A stretch of 62,932 bases of DNA, filler included, from Platydemus manokwari (Eukaryota): NCBI GenBank assembly GCA_037951405.1. It is 6 parts of 6 records of this genome, joined end to end, with 100 filler letters (N's around TTAATTAATTAA, not from the genome) between each part and the next. Parts side by side here need not be neighbours in the genome. Positions count along the whole stretch, not along the records: positions 30,920 to 42,619 come from JBBMOY010418888.1; positions 42,720 to 53,532 come from JBBMOY011103887.1; positions 53,633 to 62,932 come from JBBMOY011269762.1; 3 more parts are not named here. One strand, written 5' to 3'. Made by a program: the position numbers and the translations under genes. Positions 40,607 through 53,750 of this stretch are shown here, one piece after another (the first letter of the stretch is position 1; every line of letters starts with the position of its first letter). The notes beneath the pieces were generated by a model. That model was not told where the DNA came from, did no database searches, and saw only the letters and a list, made by a program, of their open reading frames with translations.

Positions 40607-41516
40607 ATGATGTTATTGTTTCTCTACATCTTTATTGTGGGTATCGATTCTGAAAACAATTTTTATATTGAAACAACCGCTTGTGTTTATAATCGATTAC
40701 AATCAATTGAACTCAATTCACTTTTACAATGTGCAATCCAATGTCAAACCAACCAATGCAAAGCGTTCAATTTCAACAATTCGCATTGCAATTTATGCGA
40801 GTTTCGTGACATATGCCAGTCTGATACGAAGTGTCCCAATGTGACGATATTTATCAATAATCGATATAATAATATTGTAAATTGATTTAGATATAGATGT
40901 TGAATATTGATTAATATTTATATTGCAGTTTAAAAGTGATTCGACGAGTGTGGCTTTTCAATTATTCAATAATATCAATTACCCCTATGCGAATGGTAAT
41001 CCATCGATATATAACATTATTAATGCTAGTCAAGCAATGCCAGTTATTGTTGATGAAAATAAAAAAGTAATTGTGGCAATTGGAAGACATGGAACAAGTA
41101 AATTGATTGTACATCCTAAAGGGGAATTTATTCTTAATTTAAACAAATATAATACTGAATATGAACATGTGGCCAACAATTTTGTGAGATACTTGACTGG
41201 AGGAAATTGTACCGATTATCGAAATTGTTATCACCCAATCGAGAACTACAAGAATTATATTGGAAATCGTAATCAAGTTTTTGGTATTTCGTTCAAATCG
41301 AGATTCGATGTGAATGATTTGACAAGCCAGTTAATCAATAACACATATCATGTCATTGCCAGCGGAACATTTTGGACTAATACTATACTTAATGAAACGC
41401 AAACGTTGGTAAATCGTTACGGCATCTGCATAACAAAAAGAAAAGGAATGACAGATTGGTATATTCGAGAAAATATTTGTAAAACTCTAACCGATTATAC
41501 GGAAAAACGATGTTGA
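40607..41516 (+). CDS. Predicted secreted 285-aa protein: signal peptide + PAN/apple domain + TCAF/FAM115 N-terminal-like domain
   Basis: Exons 40607-40876 and 40929-41516 joined by a 52-nt phase-0 GT-AG intron. Hydrophobic N-terminus MMLLFLYIFIVGIDS; PAN signature SLLQCAIQCQTNQCKAFNFNNSHCNL; exon 2 has AMPVIVDENKKVIVAIGRHGTSKLIVH, resembling TCAF [30 protein letters not shown]. Confidence 0.8.
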
Positions 41517-43865
41517 ATTGTAGACAATTTCCATTAACATGTTGCTGACGTTATTAAATATTGATGCATCATCAGTCGTAATTGATTATTGATTTATTAT
41601 AATAGATTAATATTTTTCATTTTATTGAGTTATGTTAGCAAAATTGTTAAATTTTAATATATTGAAAAATATAATGACTATTTAGCTAATGCTGTGTTTA
41701 GCTATGACATTCACGCAATAATACTCTAATGATAGCTTGCAGTAGCGATAACTTCCATCATCGGAACAAACTTGATATATTGTTAAAAATAATTTTTAAC
41801 GAGTCCTTTTGATCATCTGTAATATTAAAAAGTTGTTCGAATAAACGTCTTATTTTTTGTCTATCATTTTAATTATCATTGAAATTTATATGATCTTCAA
41901 TCTCTGTGTAATAATTTCAGTATTATTATTACTTACTCTATCCGACCTTTCTTGTATATAATGATCGTGTGCTCCATAATTGGAATAAACTTGAACAATA
42001 ATTTAAAAATTTTGATTCAAAGCTCAACATAGAACAATTTTTATTGATTTACACTGATATTAATGTGTTAAAATCGTGACTTGTTTCAGTAGAGCAAAGG
42101 TTTTTATTTAATTTATTGGATCAAATAATATTTTATCAAATTATATAATGAGATATAAATAGAAATGATGGAATATCATAAAAATATATGACATGCACAA
42201 TTAAATCAATAAATTAATTGAAGACTACTTTCAAATATTGATAAATAAAATGTTGAATATGGATCGATTTATTTCCAATTTCATATTCTGCCTCCATTGG
42301 AAACTTTAAATTATTGCTCGCCATTCAAATCTTTGTTGGAATTGCTTTTATTTCAAATCCCATATTTAAGAAATTGAGGAATTTTTATTTGATTTATCAA
42401 AACTCACGCCAATACTGGAACGAATCTTATTATTATTATAATATTTATTTTCAACTCTTGTCCTAATCTTTTACAAAATACTTTATATCCAAGCCTCATT
42501 ATTATATTCTTTATTGCGGATTAATGGATTGTCTATTTCTTTCGTTCTTTTTGTCATTATATCTGGACCTCCTATCAAATCTTCTTTTAAATATGCTCGT
42601 CGATAGTATTTGGAACAATNNNNNNNNNNNNNNNNNNNNNNNNNNNNNNNNNNNNNNNNNNNNTTAATTAATTAANNNNNNNNNNNNNNNNNNNNNNNNN
42701 NNNNNNNNNNNNNNNNNNNTAAAATAATTTTTATTCGATTATTTAAAATATATATGACTATCTTAATATATTATATGTATTATTCAATTAACTTTCAAAA
42801 AATTAACAACTAAATTAAATATGAATTATAAAAAATGTATATTTTATATAATAGATCTTGGAACATCGAGTTTCATAAGTGTAATTGTATATAAATACAT
42901 AGTAGTAAATCTGTTTGAGAAAAAAACGCACCCTTTGCACCTAAAACATTGTTTTGCTGCCAGACGAATTCTTCTGTACTGATTTCTAAGCGTTTACTAC
43001 TCTGAACGAAATTCTTGCACAATTCCAAATTTTCATTAACTGAATTAATGTTGAAGTGTAGTAAAATATCTCACCATCCTTGATCAACTTTATAGACTAT
43101 ATATAACTATATGTAGTTTGTAAGCTAGTAAGTCTTTGCATGAAGCGGTCCAGTCGGGTTTCTCTCGAGATTTAAAGGCTAGTCAATAAATAGAACATAA
43201 TTGACTTTTGGTCAATGTAGTCTCTATTATTACGCAACTTGGCTTAATAACGATCCAAATCTTGCGATATTGGCACCCGGTGTGTTTTCTTCTATGTAGA
43301 ACTCCGCTAACTTGTCTGCTATTGACTAGGTTCTGACTTGCACTTAGTGTGCCCATAAGTTTGCAATATGTTTGCAATAATCTTTCATTAATTTATTTAC
43401 AATTTGTACAAATTTGAAAAATTTACTATAGTTATTAGTAACACAAGAGTGATAAAGTATATGGATTGAAAATGTGCGGGGTCTAATGGGTGTACTTTAA
43501 GGAAAATTTTTTACCAGTTAACGCGTTCGGCATCCATCTTTAACTATTTTAGCTAAATATTAACATCTAATATCAATGACTTAGCATTGTCATCAATTTA
43601 AACCCAATCAATTCTCATTACAGCTGTCAATTTATTATATCATGAATAATGAGTGTACAGCAGGAATTTAAAAATTATAATTATTTGATTTACGTTTTAA
43701 GTTGCTCTAGCATCTTATTGGCTTTTATTTTTTATAAAACTTAAAATCATTATTGTGACTGATATTTTTCGGTTTACAATACTGTGCCTTAAATCAGTCT
43801 CGAGTTCGGGTTTAAGGCTAAAATTGCAATTAAACCTTACTATTCTTATGGCTATCTTCTCAATA

Positions 43866-44820
43866 TTAAGTTAAGAAAAGGGTCCTTTAACCCGACTTTA
43901 ATGTAATGATTTTTCGTGAGTTATTTAATATTTAAATTAACTGGTGATCCTATTTTAATGAAATTTATACATAAAATTCAATTTTAGATTAAAAAGGAAA
44001 AAACAACTCCAAAAATCCATATATTGTAGGTCATGGTTTCACAAATCTACAACTGAATTAAAGTATCATTTTAAATACAAGATTTCTATTTAATTTATAT
44101 TTATTGCTTCTAGAATCGTTGCACTTCGGTTGCGGACTAAAAATAAGAAAAAATATGTTCTACTGTAGCTCTCCAATATTTTAACTACTCAAATACCATG
44201 TCTTCGAAGTCCGCTATTATATTTGGCCCCTCCAAAATAGACATCATCAATTTCTAAGACGCTATTTATTCATCAGTGTGGAATCTACAAATTTTTTACC
44301 TTAATAAATAAATTTAAATTCTTAGTTTTATTTTAATAAAATTTGTCACCATTTGCTGATTGTTGCTTTGCTTATGGAGGCCATTTTACTAATACATTTT
44401 TACGTGAGCCTATGGACCAAAAATAATCTTATTAAGAATGTCGAAGAGGAACAAGGTCGAATTGTGGAACCAATTCTCTATTCGAATTCCGAAACTTCTT
44501 ATGTATTTGTGGCATGTCCATCTGTACAATTTATTCGATTTAGATGAAATCTTCATTCCATTATAGCATCGACATGTTTTGGATCTATATATTCAATATA
44601 TTAAATATATATTAATATGCTCATTTTGAGATACGGTACTCATCAATGATTTTCAATCACTTTTTTTTAATAAAATAACTCTAAATATTTTTCGTTCCAT
44701 TTGTTTCTGATATTAAAAAAGGTTGCCTCGCTAGTTTTCAATAAATTGCATTTAGACCTACTTTTAGTGTTTTTCAAATAATTACATTTTAGTAGATTTT
44801 TAAAATCTTGTGTATATAAT
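43866..44820. mobile_element. Diverged inverted copy of the GG-terminal TIR family
   Basis: Starts TTAAGTTAAGAAAAGGGTCCTTTAACCCGAC; 44270-44470 is the reverse complement of 20740-20940 (CCTTGTTCC..TCGACATT...GGCTCAC...TTTGTAGATTCC). Right end eroded; boundary approximate. Confidence 0.72.
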
Positions 44821-47800
44821 TGTTGGGGTTTTGAAAAGTTCAATTAACATAATGATAATTAATCGGAGATATTGATTCAATTATTTGCATGTTATTTTAT
44901 TTCCATCATATTCTTGATATTGTGTATAAAAACTCACCCTTGGATCTAAGTAGAAAAGAAGTAATTTTAATTTAATAATATCTTTTTATATTTGGATAAA
45001 GCTTTATGGTTATCTATAGTTAAAAGAAAGAATAAAATAATAATTAATTATAATTATCACGTAACAATTATTCGAATAATTTTCCAAGAGATAAAACCAA
45101 TTTAAAATAAGTTAGTTGCAACTAATAAATATATAAAATAATGACAGTTTTTAACCCAGCATTTAAATTGAGATATAAATAGAAATGATAAATTACCCTC
45201 ATTTATCTGGCCTGACAACAAATATAATAAAATGAAACCTTATTGATGGCAATATTGATAATAACTTCCATACAATGAAAGCCCCCATGTCAAAGTTAAT
45301 GATCCATATTAAAACATAAATTCCATTTAAATAAAATAATCAGACCAGCATTTTAATGGAAATTAGCCCAGAATAAAAATAGTATAAATGGGCTCACAAC
45401 ATCAGCTGCCATGCCGTATTAAAACCACTAGTACAGTGCTCCCATTATTTGAAGGCAAATTATTCAAGTTCACAAGCCGTAAAAACCAGTCAGATTCTCG
45501 CCAATTATCTCAGAAGTTCATGCTTAGTAGTCACTAGAAGATCAATTTAATATTGATATTGTGTTCTGAGGAATTCAAGCCCCAAATAGGAGAAGTCACA
45601 GCAAGATCCATTACTGTAAAATCATACATTGTTTATAATATTCTCCTTATTTGTTAGGTTAATCCCAACTGTCTTGGTCCCTTGTACTACTACTTGTAGT
45701 ACTACATGTTGTCGTTTAAGTGTATAACAGTAGTAATTTATAAAATCATTGTCATATAAAAGTTGTAATTCATACTATAATTTTATATTTGTAGCAATTT
45801 ATAGCAATAAATGAGTATTTAGCAAGGAATTTAGTTTTGATATTTGAATTGGTAAGTGTCCCAAGGATTCACTTCATTTGTAGCAATAATATAATTTTAT
45901 TATCAAGTTAATTAGCTTTTGGAATAGAGCTTACGAGGTGTATAGAGACTGATAGTTTAGTAAATAGTATTAAAATAATAAAAGCAATATCTAGAGTGGC
46001 TCATACCGTTTTCGTACTTAAATTAGAGTCGATTGAGGCGAATAAATAACAAAATGTTAGGTTTAATAGATACCTGAGTGTCGTGAGGACTGGGATATTA
46101 CCAAAGCTACATAATATTTGATTGTATTTTGTTTTGCTTATATTCGTGAGTCTGAGTGTATTTATGTATTTTTCTAAGTCATACTGATTAGTATGAAGTT
46201 GAAAATAGAGTTATTGTTTTCTAGTTTTTGAAATCAGTGATTATTCAATTGTCCAGAAGTAGATCGTCAACAACGGTGTTGTAATCGAAAGAATAAAAAA
46301 TACAAAAACACAAAACATTTATAAATAAATGCATTCACAGTAAAATAATAAGCTTGATAATCTTAAAAAGAAAACATAATTATGAAGGATTGAAAAACAA
46401 CTAGTCTAACCTTCCATACTAGTCTAGATATATATGAGCTTCACAAAGTTTTTAACCTGAATTTCTAGAACAATTTCGTACAGAAACAAAAATGCACTAA
46501 ATAAATATTTAAATTAACAAGTTATCCACACTCTGTGAAACAGTAGTAATAAATTACCAACAACAGGACCAATTCAAAAAGTAATTTTATTAATGGTATT
46601 CATTGAAAAACTATAATTCCATAAAATCTATATTAAGTAAATCGAAATAATTGGAAATATCGACTTCTCCTTAGTTGATACTTCATTCAATATTTTTGAC
46701 AATTGTTGAAACATTAATTGTAATAAGCTTAAATAGAAGAATTAAAACCAAGTGTTATATTTTTCTTAACCAAAATGATCTACAAAAAGATGTAAAAATA
46801 TCCTTACCTTTTGGATGGAGATTATCACAGAGTGATCATGCATTAAATACCAAAACAAAAGTACTATGCGTTTCAAATTTTATGCGCACTGTTAATTTTT
46901 TTATTTTAAATCTTTGTAAATCTTGTTTAATTTCGACAACTATTATCTTGTGGAAAAGATTCACGATAAAAAATAATGTAAAAATAGGTTTTGATTATTT
47001 GAATAATTTGGGTGATTTTCGTGTAAAAATTATTGCTGACTTACAACATAACTTATTTTATGAAAATAAGCGTATAAATTTATTTCAATTTAAAATAATT
47101 ATTGGTTTAATGATAATAGTTCAAGTTTTATGATATAAATGAAATTCTAAACAATTTCAAAATAAATACAATGTGAAAATAACAACAACAAATCGTCAAA
47201 AAATCGACATTTCCTTTATCTTCTATTACGGATCCTGGCTGGACGCTTATTACAGTGTCGTAAACGTACCGAAAATCGCATTTAATTTCTTATTTCGTTA
47301 TTAACACATTTAAACAAAACAAACATAATTCAAATAGCATTTGTTTATGATTTGATATTATTTTATTATTGTTATCATTTATGTGAAGAATCATCATTAG
47401 GATTCAGTGTAATTAAAAATTAAACCCCTATATACTTCCTGATCTAAGGTTTTATATCGGGCCCGCATTAATTTTGCAAGTGTTCACATTCACTGAAATT
47501 TATTTTTATATAGTGTTTCATATTTGTTAAAGTAATTCAAATTAAAAATTGGTCTCGGGTTATCCTGATGAGTAAATTAATAATAAGAGAGAAGTTTTTT
47601 TGAAGTTGTTACAAACATAATTAGATAAAATTTACCTCAAGTGTTTTACAAAGACAAAAATAAATCAAGGTAAAAACACATATTTACGAAATATGAATTA
47701 CTGTATAATTTAATTGAAATCGAATGTAATTATGAATACGGGGTATTTTTCTCAATCTCAACACAATTGAGCAATGGGCTATAAGATGAAAACAATCTTA

Positions 47801-49026
47801 AATAAAATACTATATCCTTAACCTGATGAAAGCTCAAAGCTGGTGTTCAGCAATATTGTATTGAAAATTGTTGTTATTTAAAAAGCCTAAAAATCATTTG
47901 TGTGAAGAGTACTGTATGAAGTGTAAAATAATTTTTTTTAAAAGGGTAATTGAAAATGTTGCGACCAATAATATGTAGGACAGTGTGTACGCTGCTGTCA
48001 CTTGAAGTATAAATATGGTAGGTAAGCCCATAATTGAAAGAGACAAAAAATTGATTCGAACAAAAATTGAGTAATTTTTTAATTGAATGTTAATATTAAT
48101 CCAACTTCTATAATCAACCCTATTCGATCATCCCCCGCAAATGAGTTGATTAAGCCCTAAACATAGACTGAAACTTGGGAAGGAGAGTTATCCACACCTA
48201 TTTAAAACTCGACTCCTCACATTCGTTTGGATTAGAGTTGACACCATAAGTCCCAACGATAGTAATTTTGCAGCTACTCTTAAAAATTCATAACAGTAAA
48301 TGCGCTTTGGAATTTATTTATTGTATTATTATTTATTTTTCAATATTATACACAATTTGAGAGGAATCAGATTATTGATGGAGACACTGCCATAACCAAA
48401 TTCAATCAATTAAATCAACTTGCAATCAAACTAAGGTAAATTCTCACGAGTTACTTTCATGAGCAGTTTAACAGTGGAAGTAATTTTCAATTAAATGAAT
48501 TTTCCAATAAATTTTAAAATCATTACACAATAGTACTATCACACTAGAATGCAATTTTATTGTCTAAGCAAATTCATTAAAATAAGTCTCTAAAATCTTA
48601 GATTTTCAACATTTAAAGAAGTTGAATCTAAAATAACAATTTAAATTGTTAACACAATTAAACTTGTTACTCTAGATACAACAATATTTGAATTAAATTG
48701 TCGAAATTATCAATGGTAAATCTCTTCTAAAAAGTGAACCAGATTACCGATTTACATTAGACAAAAACAATTGTTAGAAAAATAAACTACGAAATTGATT
48801 AACATGAAAATCGTTAACACAATACATGAAAAGACTAAATACAAAATATTATACAATCATAAACCTTTTATTAAATTTTAATTATTAACGAATTTTAAAA
48901 ATTTATCAATGTCGAAAATTTGATTTTATTTAAAATTGGCAATGCAACGTAAAATGACCTCTAAAAATTCAACTAAGATGCTTTTTAATAATTTTTAAAA
49001 TACATCTCATTAATTTAATTGTGCTT

Positions 49027-49588
49027 CTACAAATAAGAAAATCCTGCAAGAAAGCCTCCGGTAAAAGACATCATAAAAGTTCTATTTTCCAAAATTGCAG
49101 ATCTAACCTATTTAGATAACTATTAAAATAATTAATCAAATATGTTTGAGTACTTTCTGCATAATTCTGGGAAACTTCTTATTGGCTTGATTTCTAACGT
49201 CTTTCTTAACTTTATCTAACCTATTCCAATCAACCGTTATAATTCCTTGATGAATTCCAACCTGGGTATTTACAATATATTATATAATAATAGTATTCAA
49301 ATAACCTGCATGACTAAAATAGTCCCCCCAACCATTATAGCTGCCATTTTTCCTACCCTACTAAATATAGCACCGGCAACTCTAAACAAATCTCAAAATC
49401 TTAAATTTGTAATAAAACACGCACAATCCCGATACTCCTCCAAAAGCCATTTGTTGATAAACAGATTTTTTTGATATATCGCCTAAAAATTTTTTCAAAA
49501 CCTCAGGAAGGTCATCGGAAGATGTAAAATCAGATGAATATGCAATAAAGTCTAATTCACTGATAATATCCCCACTTTTTTCTGACAT
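49027..49588 (-). CDS. FUNDC1: FUN14 domain-containing protein (FUNDC1/2 homolog), complete, 142 aa
   Basis: Exons 49588-49425, 49381-49306, 49261-49154, 49107-49027 (introns of 43, 44 and 46 nt; 429 nt coding). Motifs KKSVYQQMAFGGVSGLVAGAIFSRVGKMAAIMVGGTILVMQVGIHQGIITVDWNRL and FTGGFLAGF are diagnostic of the FUN14 family. Confidence 0.93.
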
Positions 49589-52500
49589 TTTATAATATTT
49601 AAAATTAGATTTTAAAATCGAAAATAGTTAAAACAAAGTTGAATTAATATTGAGAATCTTAATTTGAAATTTATTCAAATCTAAAGTCAAAGTTTTACAA
49701 TTTTAAATGTTTTATATAAAACATAAGTAATTTATTTTTCAATTTTAAAGATTCAAAAGAATTTTTTAAAAGCTTTTTAAAAAAATATTCGTACGTTGTT
49801 TTTCTGGACTTATTACAAAAATGTATTATTTCCTGTCATTCATGGGAGCTGGGAAGTGATTTTAGCGTCTCTAAGTCATCATCTGACCAAATCTCAAGAA
49901 AAAGAGTTAAGAAAATTGTGAAAAATTATTTAGCAAAGTAGGAACAAAGAAGTGATTCACAGATCATGGAAATTAAAGTCAGATGACATAACAGAAAATA
50001 ACACGAGTTAAAAATCCACTTGAATTCTCATTAATTAAATTCTCTTTAATAAAATGCCAGTATTTATTTTTGCTTTATTATATATTTGTCGAAAAAACAA
50101 AAATTGATACTTAAGAAAATTAATTATTGTATTTTCGGCGTTGAAATTTGTGAATACTAATTTTAATTCAGTAAAGCGGATATAACATATATATATATAT
50201 ATGGATTAATAAATGTTAACCAAAGAATCAATCACATAGTGAATTCAGCACCTGAAAGAACAAATGTAAGTAAATTTTTACCTACCAGTAGCAGCTGTTC
50301 TCGAGAGTCGTCTATTTTAATAGGATTTGTTGAATTTATTTACTACTAATTTTTTACATTTTATTTATTAGAATCATTTAAAAATTTGTTTGTATATTTA
50401 ATAGGGAGTTTTCCTTCAACCACTTACGAAATTAGTTCATTTCGGTGTTCGCACCAATTGAAAATCATATATATTTGGTACAATCCGTCTTATAAAATAA
50501 ATAATGAAATATATTAAATTTTTTTCGTCACTAATCATCGAATTTTCAAAATTACAATCATAATAATAGACAAAAAGAACATTTTAAAAATAGAAATAAT
50601 AGAATACAAAAATAGAAATGAAACAAATGTTGAGTTGTATGTGATGTTTAAAGGTTGTTTTGTCAACTCAACAGTGTGAGTTCTTTCCATTGTTATTTAT
50701 TTCAAAAAACAGAGACTCAAGTTCTTTATAAAGTTTTATTTAAAAAATTAATCAAAACAAATCACAATTAGATTCAAACAAGTTAACTCAGACCGAGAAT
50801 TTAATAAACAAATAGGTAGAGTTGTCTCACCTAGATCTTGAGAACTCAATTATAAACCTTATGCTTCTGGAAATATAGATTTTATGATATTGCTCTAAAG
50901 TGAGACCCTTTATATATGTAATATAATCAGCTTTATTGCAGATTATATTATTATGATTTAAACTTTACTCAAAAAGTTATCTTCTTGACGATTTAATTCG
51001 TATAATTCAAAGGCTATTACAATTCAGTTGTCGGCTTTGATTACCAAATTTTTGAGAGTGAGTTGTGATGGAAATCCATCAGCTTATATAGATGCTGAGA
51101 TTCGGTACTTTTTACCTAGGAATTTCCATCACTTGTAAATTCTTAATCATTATTTTACCTTAGACTCTAAATTTTTATGATTTTAAAAGTTCTGAACTTT
51201 AAAATTTTATTAATTTCTTAGACCTTAGAAATTTTTATTATTAAATAATTGACATTAAAAATTAAATATTAAATTTCCTTTCGACTCTCAGTCTTGATTT
51301 ATAAATAATAATACATATATTTTTATATCTGATTATACTGATATGTATTTTTTTATTCATTTTAAAATCATTTATTTTTTACATATACATATAATTATAT
51401 ATCATAAAAATTGAAAATAATTACATGTCATGAAATTACATATCAAAAATAATTACATATGGTGAAAATTCTGTTCACAGTTAAGAGTCAAATGATAAAA
51501 TTATCATCAGTTATCAACACAGTAAAAAGAGTCAAATGGTCAAGTTATCAAAACCATATTATAAAAGTCATTAATGGGAATTGTCTGGATCATTGAATTG
51601 TCTGGATTTGAATTCTCGAAGTTCGCAGATTTCATTCTTAATTATTGGCGATATCAGGCATCCAACTCTACTCTCCAGCTTTGGGTAGCCCAAGTTTCCC
51701 ATTTTGGGTTTTGTTTTATGGGTTTAATAACAATCGGTGTACCGGTCTTTGTTGTCTAGGGGGTGTTCTTGGTGATTTGCTTATGGGTTTTTGGAAAGGC
51801 TCCTGTTGTTGTTGCCTCCATTCACTATAGAATTTAACAGTATATGTAGTCTTTTCTTCTTCGCTCTCCTCACTGTCTGAGTAGAGCACTAGACGTCCCA
51901 TATTGTTTTCCCAACACAAATAAGTTTCTAAATATAATAATCCTAAAAATAATGGAACCAAAATAATAATAATAAATGCAAATAATAAAATAAGAAATAA
52001 AACACTGATGATTAACAGACTAGAAAAACAGTATGAATAGGACAATATCAAAGTAATTCACTTTAAGAAATCTAAGTCTTATAATAATTAAATGAGAATC
52101 AATAAGTTCACAGAGTCTATATTCTCTATAGGTCAATCTTACTAAACCCTTACTTACCAGCTTCTCAACGCAAAATTAAGAAGAATTATTCAGCTATTAA
52201 CTATTTGACCGATTAACAATGATGATCACAATATGTTATTTTTATGACATTCTATCGATTTTAGAAGAATTTTTCTCACTCAAACGAGCTGCCACAATGA
52301 TAAAGCAAAGTTAGTATTCAAATTATCTATGGAAGTTTTATAACTTTAAATATTTACCAAAAATATCATGGAAACTTCAGTTTGAACTCAGTACAACTAA
52401 AGTTTAAATAGTCGATCAAAATTAAATTTAAAGTGAAAATCAATTATGTGCTTACGGAGACACGTTACCTAACCACCATTAAGCTATTCAGCCACCAGGT

Positions 52501-52631
52501 CTCTTACGGTCACTCCCATAGGAGTTATCCTCTACATTAAATAATTCCATCTCGAAACCATAAATTTTTTTATTAAAATAAACTAGTTTAAAATAAAATA
52601 AAAAAAATTGTATAAAATGATTATAATAGAT

Positions 52632-52736
52632 TAGAGGTGGCCAACTTTTGTGTACGTAAGGTCGACTTTTCATTTGAATAATATCTCACGCGATAGACTA
52701 AAATTGGCTTCAAGATCGACCGGTTGGTCACCCCTG
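52632..52736. mobile_element. hAT-type MITE, 105 bp, with a perfect 8-bp TSD
   Basis: TIRs TAGAGGTGGCCAAC / GTTGGTCACCCCTG; identical flanks TAATAGAT at 52624-52631 and 52737-52744. Confidence 0.88.
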
Positions 52737-53632
52737 TAATAGATAATTTATAAAACTGAAATTATTATTCAATAAATTTCAAAAAGCATAAGGAAAATTT
52801 ATAATTTTAAGTGTCAAAATTTTTTATTTTACAGTACAGATTTCCAAAAATGATAAATTATTCAGAATGGTCGTCGGGTACAGACTATATAAGTTGACAT
52901 GAAACGATCATAAATCAATAATTTGAAATCTTGGGAAAACTTCATAAATTTAAATTTAAGCGAATTACAAAATTACGATGAGAAAAAGTGATCAATACAA
53001 TCTATCAGAGTTTAAAGCCTAATAAAGAAAGAAACTAATAATTATTTAAATATTTGGTAAAACATATTTCACTTAATCAATAAATTAAAGTCTAGCTCAC
53101 CAAAAGAATCCGATTTTTGGATATAAATAGTCACTCACTATAATCCATAACTTAAAATTCTTAAGGAAACTTTAAAAGTTCTTGCTCTCTTGGCAAGATC
53201 ACTGAATCTATTTTTTTTAAATAAATTTGTATCTTGATTTAATCTTTGGGAAGTTTGATTTAAAAAAGTTCTTAAATAGGTAATTTGTGTTTATCATTCA
53301 AAGATTCGTGTGTGCCATTTCACCTTTTTTCAAATAACCAAACAATAAATTATTTGTCACGAGCTCACATTGTTGAGTTAAAAGCACCATTAAACATCTA
53401 TAACCCAGCCCTTGTAATAATAATAATATTTTATTGATTTTTTAAAGTTATTTATTATATCGATTATATAAATTTTAAATATTTATATTAGGCCATATTG
53501 AAAATATTCACCTATTGGAGGCATGTTTATAANNNNNNNNNNNNNNNNNNNNNNNNNNNNNNNNNNNNNNNNNNNNTTAATTAATTAANNNNNNNNNNNN
53601 NNNNNNNNNNNNNNNNNNNNNNNNNNNNNNNN

Positions 53633-53750
53633 TTAATTAGCGCCGGTAAATCAGCATTTAATATGATTGTGAAATTTATTACCAGTTTTAAATGGAAATT
53701 TGGTTTTGATAGGTTGAAATGACTTATACCACTTTCATAATCAAGGGCTC
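53633..53750. mobile_element. Inverted half copy of the Sola-like MITE, cut by the gap
   Basis: Near-exact reverse complement of 38567-38685 (TTAATTAGCGCCGGTAAATCAGCATTTAATATG...CACTTTCATAATCAAGGGCTC). Confidence 0.85.

Noticed and set aside
42149-45660. Possible mitochondrial insertions (NUMTs) at ~42150-42620 and ~45170-45660
   Set aside because: The frames I translated showed no cox, nad or cob motifs; these look more like decayed mobile elements.
46675-47133. 152-aa plus-strand ORF
   Set aside because: Non-ATG start, I/L/F/N/K-biased composition typical of chance AT-rich ORFs, no motif.
51574-52051. Overlapping ORFs as a host gene
   Set aside because: The minus-strand frame is broken by stops and shifts with no splice-consistent model; probably a decayed element ORF.
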